A DNA stretch of 28,491 bases. Origin: Elusimicrobiota bacterium (GTDB lineage Bacteria; Elusimicrobiota; Elusimicrobia; UBA1565). The notes beneath the pieces are model-generated. The model saw nothing but the letters and a program-made list of their open reading frames with translations, was not told where the DNA came from and did not search any database. Below, in pieces: positions 22,282 to 28,491 of this stretch. The stretch spans positions 1-28,491 of the forward strand of contig JBDRPD010000085.1 in NCBI GenBank assembly GCA_043827405.1, read 5' to 3'. The translations under genes were made by a program, and so were the position numbers. How positions within the stretch are numbered: position 1 is the stretch's first letter; each line of letters starts with the position of its first letter.

Positions 22282-24384
22282 CTAATATCTCAGGTTTCCA
22301 ATTTCCACGCCGCGGTAGTAGGCTTTGAGTATTTGCGCATACGATTGCCCCCTCTCCGCCCGTCCCATCGCTCCCGATTGGCACATGCCGACGCCGTGGC
22401 CCCAGCCGCCGCCGTAGAATATGAAATTCTTGGGGCGGCCGTCGTCGTCGTACTCCGTTTCCATTATGAAAAGGGCGCTCCGCTGGGAACCGATGCCGAA
22501 CAGACCCCGGATGCTCAGCTCGTTGTCGACGACGCGGCTGCCTCGGCTGCCGCGCACGAGAACGGAGTTCAGGTGCCCGGAGGAAGAGCGCTTAAGCGGC
22601 AGGATGCCTTGGAGGCGGCCGATATCCACGCTCCGGTTGATGCGCTTTTCCATCTCCGGCGCGGGGATGACGCGGCCCCAGCGATAGTGCGAGGGGTAGA
22701 CATACGCGGATGGGCGGCAGTAAGCCTTCGGCGTACTGCGCAGCCAGCGGCGCAGTTCCCAGGGCGACGACGGCACTTCTACTACGGAATCCGCGTCCTG
22801 CACCCCCGTGAAATAGGAGATGCTGGTCCAGCCCTTCAGCTCGCCCGAGCTTTGGCTGTGTCCCCCGCAGTTGGAGGAGTAGAGCATTTCCGCGACGTGG
22901 CCGCTGTGGGTCACGATGCGCCCCTGCGTCGCTTTAACGACGGCGCGCGATTTTTCAGTCTCGCTGCCGACGCCGTAGTACACTTGGCAATGCTGGCCGT
23001 CGCAAAGCTCGTAGCCGTCTCGGTTGTGCCGCGGCCGCCGATTCTTCACGAACAGGGCATGGGTGCGGGCGATGACGGCTTGCGCTTTGAGCGCCTCCAT
23101 CGGCGAGCGGATCGGCATCTCCGCCGTGAGCACTCCCTGCGTATAGCTCTCAAGATCCACGATGTTGACGATTTTCAGCGCCCGCTTTCCGGGATGCAGT
23201 GCGAATTCGATCTCCCCCCGCAGTGTGCGCGCGAGGCCTTGGCGTACCGCCGCCGGTTCCTTGAGGTAGGTCCACCCGCCGTGGCGTTCGTCAGGGCGAA
23301 TGCGCAGCGGGCTGCGCGTCCGCACCCGCCGTCGGCCGGAAGGGTCATATACTTCGATGTCGCGCTGCGGCGTTACCGCGACCCTCCAGCCTTGACCCGG
23401 CTCGCCCCGCACCAGGCTCGCTCCAGAGTCCGCTGAGACGATGTGAAACGGAGTTTTGACCGTGAACTGGAGGCCGTCCCACGGTCGCGGCTTACCCATC
23501 CCGTCTGTTCCGATGCCGATGCGCAGACTCGGCACCTGCCCCGCCGGAGGCGGTATCAGGGGGGTGGCGCTGCGGCGAGTGCTTCTCAGCTCGCTGTTGT
23601 CGGCGTGCGCGGCAGGGGCTGGACGATGCGGGTGCCGTAGTTTCTCGCGCAGAGCGCCGGCGAGCTTGCGGTATTTCGTGTGCACCGGCGCCGACGCGAG
23701 CAGCTTCGCGGTCTGGTCGTACGCCTCGTGGAATCGCTGCAGACGATAGAGGACGCGGCTCATATGATAGCGCGCATTTGTGAAATAAGAATCCTTGAAG
23801 GCCGCGATCTTATATGCCTCGAGGGCGCCGTCCACGTCACCCAAGCTTTCGCGGGCGCGTCCCAGGTAGAAATGCGCCAGCGTGAAGTTCGGATCGATAT
23901 GCGCCGCGCGGCTCAGCGCGGCGGCCGCCGCCTTGGGGTTGCCGTCATCGAGCTCGATCCTGCCGAGCGCCGTCAGCGCGTAGATATGCTGCGGATCGAT
24001 GGCGAGAGCCCGCTCCGCCTCGGCGCGGGCCTCCTTGCGGCGGCCGCGCGTGCGCAGGGCTTCCGCCAGTGCGGTTCGGATGTCGGCGTCACGCGGGCTC
24101 AGCCGCGCCGCCTGCTCGAACCAAATCACGGCGGTTTCATGTTCTCCGAGATCGCTGAGCACGACCGCGCCGTTGAGCCGGGCGTTCAGGCTGCGCGCGT
24201 CCACTTTGAGCGCTTGCGCATAAGCTTCCACGGCTTTGCGGGGGCGCCCGTCGTAGTAAAGGGCATTCCCCTCCAGAACGTTGTTCTGTGGCGAGGGCGA
24301 GACGGTATGTGTGGGCGCGAGCAGGCGCTGACCGGCGAGTATGCCGGCCGCGGCCACAATAGCGACGCGAAAAATGAATCCCAC
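22282..24384 (-). CDS. TPR-repeat plus SpoIID/LytB-domain lytic transglycosylase
   Basis: N-terminal signal/TM, about 7 TPR-like repeats, then VNIVDLESYTQGVLTAEMP...EALKAQAVIART, LCDGQHCQVY, YSSNCGGHS and GWGHGVGMCQSGA. GTG 24384 is the likely start. Confidence 0.92.
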   Translation of the reverse strand: MGFIFRVAIVAAAGILAGQRLLAPTHTVSPSPQNNVLEGNALYYDGRPRKAVEAYAQALKVDARSLNARLNGAVVLSDLGEHETAVIWFEQAARLSPRDADIRTALAEALRTRGRRKEARAEAERALAIDPQHIYALTALGRIELDDGNPKAAAAALSRAAHIDPNFTLAHFYLGRARESLGDVDGALEAYKIAAFKDSYFTNARYHMSRVLYRLQRFHEAYDQTAKLLASAPVHTKYRKLAGALREKLRHPHRPAPAAHADNSELRSTRRSATPLIPPPAGQVPSLRIGIGTDGMGKPRPWDGLQFTVKTPFHIVSADSGASLVRGEPGQGWRVAVTPQRDIEVYDPSGRRRVRTRSPLRIRPDERHGGWTYLKEPAAVRQGLARTLRGEIEFALHPGKRALKIVNIVDLESYTQGVLTAEMPIRSPMEALKAQAVIARTHALFVKNRRPRHNRDGYELCDGQHCQVYYGVGSETEKSRAVVKATQGRIVTHSGHVAEMLYSSNCGGHSQSSGELKGWTSISYFTGVQDADSVVEVPSSPWELRRWLRSTPKAYCRPSAYVYPSHYRWGRVIPAPEMEKRINRSVDIGRLQGILPLKRSSSGHLNSVLVRGSRGSRVVDNELSIRGLFGIGSQRSALFIMETEYDDDGRPKNFIFYGGGWGHGVGMCQSGAMGRAERGQSYAQILKAYYRGVEIGNLRY

Positions 24385-24390
24385 GCTTCG

Positions 24391-24419
24391 AGTGTAACAG
24401 CGGGATTTTGAATCCGCAA
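24391..24419 (-). promoter_or_regulatory. promoter TTGCGG-N17-TACACT (extended -10), leaderless GTG start
   Basis: TTGCGG at 24419-24414 and TGT-TACACT at 24399-24391, 6 nt to GTG 24384. Confidence 0.65.
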
Positions 24420-24479
24420 TAACAGGATTGTTACGGACTATTAGAGAAGCGAACGCCGGATTAGCTAGTATCTGGAGAC

Positions 24480-25418
24480 ATGACGATGCGCGGCCTGCTC
24501 GCTTTTGTGCTGCTGCTTGCGTGGGCTGCACGGGCCGCCGCGGACTCGCCCCTCGGTCGATGGGCTTATCTGAAGTCCGGCGCCGCCGCGGATGATTTCG
24601 TGCTGCGCCGTCTTCCCGAATACGATGCGCTGGTGTTTACCGGCTATCAGCTGAAAAAGAACGGCAGCTTGCGGCGCGTCGAGAAGGTGCCGAAAAGGAT
24701 CTGGGAATACTGCCGCGAATACGGCATTCTACTTATTCCGCTTGTCGCGCCCGAGAGCGTATCCTCAGCCGGGGCTCTGCTGCGTTCACCGGCCGCACGT
24801 GCCCGCGCCGCACGGGAACTGGTGCACCTGTCCGCTGAGGAGTGGGCGTCCGGCGTCCAGCTCGATATCGAATACCTCCCGCCGCGTGACGCCGCCCTGC
24901 TGGCCGCTTTCCTGAAGGAGCTTAAGGCGGCATGGGGGAGCAAGCCCTTGTCTATGGCGCTGTTTCCGCAGTTGGATTTTAAGCGCGAATGGGCGGGCTT
25001 CCATGCGCTTGGCCTGATCGCTCCCTATCTCGACGAAGCCGTTCTGATGGGCTACGACTATCATAACCAGGAGACGCCGCCCGGGCCGGTGGTGGATATT
25101 GTTTGGGCGGAGCGTAATATCAAGGTGTTTCTGGAGCATTTTAGGCCGGAGCAGCTTCGGCTGGGCATCCCGGCCTACGGCTACGTGTGGGGCGGTCAGC
25201 GCCCGCGTTCTATCGCCGCCCGCTTGGCCGTTAACGCGACGGAGGAGCGCCCCCCCCTGCGCCACGCTTCGGGAACCGCGCATTACTGGTACCGCGAAGG
25301 CGATAAGAAGTACCAGGTCTACTATTCCGACCGGGCGACGCGCGCCGCCTTGAGGCGGTTGGCTGAGGAGTACGGTCTTGCCGGGACCGTCGTCTGGCGT
25401 CTGGAATATCTGGATTAG
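24480..25418 (+). CDS. secreted glycoside hydrolase family 18 (YaaH/SleL-like)
   Basis: Signal peptide, SGVQLDIEY catalytic motif, LMGYDYH, LGIPAYGYVW and VVWRL. Confidence 0.88.
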   Translation: MTMRGLLAFVLLLAWAARAAADSPLGRWAYLKSGAAADDFVLRRLPEYDALVFTGYQLKKNGSLRRVEKVPKRIWEYCREYGILLIPLVAPESVSSAGALLRSPAARARAARELVHLSAEEWASGVQLDIEYLPPRDAALLAAFLKELKAAWGSKPLSMALFPQLDFKREWAGFHALGLIAPYLDEAVLMGYDYHNQETPPGPVVDIVWAERNIKVFLEHFRPEQLRLGIPAYGYVWGGQRPRSIAARLAVNATEERPPLRHASGTAHYWYREGDKKYQVYYSDRATRAALRRLAEEYGLAGTVVWRLEYLD

Positions 25419-25437
25419 CTCCCTCTAAAATTAGGTC

Positions 25438-25466
25438 TTGATTTTTCGCGATGGGGCTGTTATAAT
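25438..25466 (+). promoter_or_regulatory. promoter TTGATT-N17-TATAAT (extended -10) for the HesB pair
   Basis: TTGATT at 25438-25443 and TGT-TATAAT at 25458-25466. Confidence 0.75.
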
Positions 25467-25491
25467 AAACTTGACTAAAAAAGTCATGTAT
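25467..25491. promoter_or_regulatory. IscR type-1 / Rrf2-like operator
   Basis: AAACTTGACT-AAAAA-AGTCATGTAT, a GACT-N5-AGTC palindrome matching the IscR type-1 pattern, upstream of Fe-S carrier genes. Confidence 0.7.
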
Positions 25492-25514
25492 ATATTATCT
25501 GGTGAGGATAATCG

Positions 25515-25841
25515 ATGGTGACATTTACTGATAGTGCGGCCAGGAAGGTCCAATATTTTTTTCACAGCGAAGCTGAGGCGAAAGGGAAGCACCTGCGCAT
25601 CGCCGTGGTATCGGGAGGCTGCTCGGGCTTCGAATATTCGTTCGCTTTCGACGACAAGAAAGAGACGGATACCGAAGTTCCGCTGGACGGTTTTACCGTC
25701 CTGATCGACCCGCAAAGTGCGGCGCACTTGGACGGCGCAAGGGTCGACTACTCGGAAGAGGCCACCCGGGCAGGATTTAAGATCGATAATCCCAATGCGG
25801 TATCCTCATGCGCCTGCGGCCAGTCCAATCAATTCGCATGA
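25515..25841 (+). CDS. HesB/IscA/ErpA A-type Fe-S cluster carrier
   Basis: LRIAVVSGGCSGFEY...IDPQS...GFKIDNPNAVSSCACGQS with three conserved Cys. Confidence 0.95.
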   Translation: MVTFTDSAARKVQYFFHSEAEAKGKHLRIAVVSGGCSGFEYSFAFDDKKETDTEVPLDGFTVLIDPQSAAHLDGARVDYSEEATRAGFKIDNPNAVSSCACGQSNQFA

Positions 25842-26197
25842 TAACCTGTACGCGTAAAGCGGCGGACAAAATCACCTCCGAATTAGCCAAGCAGGGACGG
25901 CCTGGCGGCTGCCTGCGGGTCTATGTGACCTACGGCGGCTGCGCGGGCCTGAACTATGAGTTTGAGTTTATTGGAGCGCCCGATGAGGAAGATGTCGTCT
26001 CCGAGGAGAACGGTGTGCGAATTGCCGTCGATCCGCGTTCCGACTTCTTCCTTGACGGCGCTGTCGTGCATTGGCATCAAACCTTAATGGGCTGCAGCTT
26101 TCGGGTAAAGAACCCCAACGCTGTGGATACCTGCGGCTGCGGCACCTCGTTTTCGACGCCGGATACCGACGAGAGTATGATCGACGCCTGCCGTTAG
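25838..26197 (+). CDS. second HesB/IscA/ErpA A-type Fe-S cluster carrier
   Basis: ATGA overlap start at 25838. LRVYVTYGGCAGLNY...FRVKNPNAVDTCGCGTSF. Confidence 0.95.
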   Translation: MITCTRKAADKITSELAKQGRPGGCLRVYVTYGGCAGLNYEFEFIGAPDEEDVVSEENGVRIAVDPRSDFFLDGAVVHWHQTLMGCSFRVKNPNAVDTCGCGTSFSTPDTDESMIDACR

Positions 26198-26221
26198 CCG
26201 TCGTTTTTTCCCAACCGCTGG

Positions 26222-26250
26222 GATCCCGTCAGGCGGGTTCTTTTTATTTT
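26222..26250 (+). terminator. probable intrinsic terminator after the HesB pair
   Basis: GATCCCGT-CAG-GCGGGTTC hairpin followed by TTTTTATTTT. Confidence 0.55.
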
Positions 26251-26264
26251 CCGCATTGCTGAAA

Positions 26265-26323
26265 TACTGATATACGGTAATATGGAAAATACGATTGACG
26301 GAATATCAGTAATCTGGCATAAT
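26265..26323 (+). promoter_or_regulatory. TA promoter TTGACG-N17-CATAAT with 9-bp inverted-repeat operator
   Basis: TTGACG at 26295-26300 and TGG-CATAAT at 26315-26323. TACTGATAT (26265-26273) / ATATCAGTA (26303-26311). Confidence 0.65.
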
Positions 26324-26342
26324 AGGCCTTTGGAGGTCTGCT

Positions 26343-26621
26343 ATGCGCGCGAAAGAGGTGCTGCTGGGCAAAAGGAACCAGGTTACGATCCCTAAAATTT
26401 TTCTGCCGGACGGCGTGTCGCTGTTTTCGTGCGAGAAAATGGACGATGGCGCGATCGTGCTGCGGCCGCGGATTTCGATTCCGGCGCACCAGAACTACTA
26501 CTGGACTGCCAAGTGGCAGCAAGGTGAGCGCAAGGCGTCCGAGGATATCCGGCGCGGGCGCGTGCGCCGGCACTCGTCGGCGGCTAAGCTCGCCAAGGCG
26601 CTGAGGCTCGACGGGAAATGA
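26343..26621 (+). CDS. AbrB/MazE/SpoVT-family antitoxin
   Basis: KRNQVTIPK...GAIVLRP AbrB fold plus IPAHQNYYWTAKWQQGERKASEDIRRGR tail. GGAGG SD. Confidence 0.85.
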   Translation: MRAKEVLLGKRNQVTIPKIFLPDGVSLFSCEKMDDGAIVLRPRISIPAHQNYYWTAKWQQGERKASEDIRRGRVRRHSSAAKLAKALRLDGK

Positions 26622-26893
26622 CGGAGAAATTCACGTTGATTACGTCGCGAGTCTTCGCGGGCCGCGCGCGCAAGCTCCCCAAGGACATCCGCCGGCAGCT
26701 CGCCAACCGGCTGGCGCGCCTGGCCGTCGATCCGGGCTATTCTTCGCTGCGGACAAGCGAGGTGGAAAGCGCCGCCGGCGATCACGGCGACCGGGTGTTC
26801 GAATCGCAGGTCAGCCGCAGGCACCGGATGACTTGGGAATACGGGCCGGGGAAACGGGACATTACGCTGCGCACCATCGACTGCGCCGATTAG
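26618..26893 (+). CDS. RelE/ParE-superfamily toxin-like protein
   Basis: ATGA coupling to the antitoxin. FAGRARKLPKDIR...DPGYSSLRT...VFESQVSRRHRMTW...ITLRTI pattern. Confidence 0.75.
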   Translation: MTEKFTLITSRVFAGRARKLPKDIRRQLANRLARLAVDPGYSSLRTSEVESAAGDHGDRVFESQVSRRHRMTWEYGPGKRDITLRTIDCAD

Positions 26894-26898
26894 AAAGA

Positions 26899-26972
26899 TG
26901 GAGCGGGCGAAGGGAATCGAACCCTCGTCTGAAGCTTGGGAAGCTTCCGTTCTACCACTGAACTACGCCCGC
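26899..26972 (-). tRNA. tRNA-Gly (CCC)
   Basis: GCGGGCGTAGTTCAGTGGTAGAACGGAAGCTTCCCAAGCTTCAGACGAGGGTTCGATTCCCTTCGCCCGCTCCA folds as a cloverleaf with anticodon CCC and encoded CCA. Confidence 0.98.
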
Positions 26973-27022
26973 TGAAAGCGGAGTCCCGCAAAACGGGGCG
27001 CCCGCATGTAACGAACTCCTAG

Positions 27023-27031
27023 ATTATAACA
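27023..27031 (-). promoter_or_regulatory. extended -10 promoter TGT-TATAAT for tRNA-Gly
   Basis: TATAAT at 27028-27023 preceded by TGT, about 50 nt upstream of the tRNA. Confidence 0.6.
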
Positions 27032-27032
27032 A

Positions 27033-28490
27033 TTAGACTTTCATCGCGGTATGCGCCGCGGCCTTAAACGCCGCCGTTAGGCGCATTAGCGCCTTCTCGA
27101 CATCCCCCGTGATGCGAACGAAGACCGCGCGCCGTCCCGCCGCCTCGAGCGCCTGGTAGTCGCCCAGCGCCTGTGCCCGCACCAGCTGTCCGAACGTGTA
27201 GTCGGCGCCGGCGATCTCGAGGTCCGGGCCGTCCTCGCGGCTGATGACGATAAACAGCCCGTTGTTGGCCCCCCCTTTGTGCAGCTGTCCGGTGGAATGC
27301 AGGTAGCGTGGTCCGTAGCCCGCCTGCACCGACAGGTTCGTGGCTTTGTTGAGCGCGTCGCGCAGTGCCGCCAGCTCCTTCTCGTAGCGTCCGTCCGAGC
27401 ATACGTAGGCCAGCAGGCCGGCGTACTCTTTTGGCCGCGCGTCGGCGAGAAAACGGGTCAAGGCGTCGTCGATATCAAGGCCTCGCCGTTCGCCCAGCGC
27501 CGCCTCCGAGGCGGATGAGAACGTCAGACACAAACCCTCGGCGTTGATGTGGGCTTCGGGGTGCGGGAGTTTCCCGCCGCGCTTGAGCTGCGTCAGCAGC
27601 GAGACCGTCTTTTCTTTCGCCGCCTGCACGTTGGGCTGATCGAAGGGGTTGATGCCCATGGCGTGGCCGAGGACGGCGGTGGCGAATTCCCAGCGGAAAA
27701 GCTCCCCCCCCAGGTCGAAGACATCGTTGAGCTCGATGACGATCAGCGGCTGGCCGCCGGCTTCCAGCTTCGCCGCGGCCGCGTCGAGTGATCGCGCTTC
27801 CCCGGTCTTGAGCTTCAGGTAGATAAAGACCTCGTCGCCGCCGCAGCGTTCGGGCTCAAGCGGCGGTTCTCCGGTTACCGGCACGACGCCTTGATTCTCC
27901 TTGCCCGTGCTCTCGGCCAACAGCTGCTCGAGCCACAGGCCGAAGCTCGCGAGCTCCGGCGGCAGCAGGAAGTGCAGCTTGTCGCGGCCGGCGCGAACGA
28001 GGCGTCCCAGCTCGCGGCCCAGCGCATAGCCGGGATTATCGGGCGACTTCATGGCGCAGGCGTCGGCCATCTTGTGCGCGCGCTCTAGGAGCTCGCCGAT
28101 ATCGGCGCCCGCCAGCGCGGCGGGCACGAGACCGAAGTATGAGAGGGCGGAGAAGCGTCCGCCGATATCTTCAAAGTTTAGGAAGATTTTGCGAAAGCCG
28201 AGCTCCTGGGCCTGCGCCATAAGGGTACGGCCGGGATCGGTAATGGCGATGAAGTGCTTTCCCGCCTTCTCGCCTTTGGCCTTTTTGAGGACGTCGTAGA
28301 AGTAATCGAAAAAGCGCACGGGTTCCACCGTGGTCCCCGATTTGCTCGCCACGATGTAAAGCGTCTTCGCGGGCGGGGCGGCCTGCTCCACGCTGCTGAC
28401 GGTCTCGGGGTCCGTGCTGTCGAGGACATGCAGGGTCGGATGACCGGATGCCTTCGGCAGCGTTCGGCGAAATACCTCGGGAGCCAGGCG
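27033..28490 (-). CDS. pgi: glucose-6-phosphate isomerase-like SIS protein (Tal/Pgi-type PGI domain), 5'-truncated by the window edge
   Basis: LAPEVF...VLDSTDP, IVASKSGTTVEP, IAITDPG, IGGRFSALS, EQLLAESTGK, NPFDQPNVQAAK and GPRYLHSTGQLHKGG. Frame stays open to the window end. Confidence 0.9.
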   Translation of the reverse strand, partial: RLAPEVFRRTLPKASGHPTLHVLDSTDPETVSSVEQAAPPAKTLYIVASKSGTTVEPVRFFDYFYDVLKKAKGEKAGKHFIAITDPGRTLMAQAQELGFRKIFLNFEDIGGRFSALSYFGLVPAALAGADIGELLERAHKMADACAMKSPDNPGYALGRELGRLVRAGRDKLHFLLPPELASFGLWLEQLLAESTGKENQGVVPVTGEPPLEPERCGGDEVFIYLKLKTGEARSLDAAAAKLEAGGQPLIVIELNDVFDLGGELFRWEFATAVLGHAMGINPFDQPNVQAAKEKTVSLLTQLKRGGKLPHPEAHINAEGLCLTFSSASEAALGERRGLDIDDALTRFLADARPKEYAGLLAYVCSDGRYEKELAALRDALNKATNLSVQAGYGPRYLHSTGQLHKGGANNGLFIVISREDGPDLEIAGADYTFGQLVRAQALGDYQALEAAGRRAVFVRITGDVEKALMRLTAAFKAAAHTAMKV

Positions 28491-28491
28491 G

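Noticed and set aside
26199..26972. Intact integrative element or prophage at tRNA-Gly
   Set aside because: There is no integrase, and I found no duplicated tRNA 3' end by eye in the window.

Overview
GC-rich bacterial chromosomal window with no integrase, transposase or CRISPR array. The gene content (PorV-family barrel next to a giant Ser/Thr-rich Kelch-FN3 protein with an 'FPNPF...ASGVYL' C-terminal domain, plus large orphan coiled-coil proteins) suggests a non-Bacteroidota diderm such as Elusimicrobiota, which is an inference. Most genes are on the minus strand. In coordinate order: small membrane ORF, rhodanese, ArnT/GT39-like transferase, Zn-dependent dehydrogenase (apparent CTG start coupled to the dksA stop), dksA, class III adenylate cyclase, coiled-coil protein, PorV/PorQ barrel, 1791-aa secreted protein (14 Kelch repeats, about 300-aa insert, 4 FN3, ZU5/GPS-like domain with HLS motif, T9SS-like CTD), membrane-anchored CBM48-like protein, 1082-aa coiled-coil/TM/beta-propeller protein with 66-bp repeats, wzc, wza, kdsC, rpiB, lipoprotein, TPR-SpoIID, GH18, two HesB/IscA carriers behind an IscR-like box, an AbrB/RelE-like TA pair, tRNA-Gly(CCC) and a truncated PGI-like gene. 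The best candidate for an undescribed system is the T9SS-like cargo/PorV/coiled-coil locus, whose cargo has a putative autoproteolysis site just before the sorting domain. Also notable are three apparently leaderless genes and a highly structured leader at the left edge. All family assignments come from motif recognition by eye, with no database searches.
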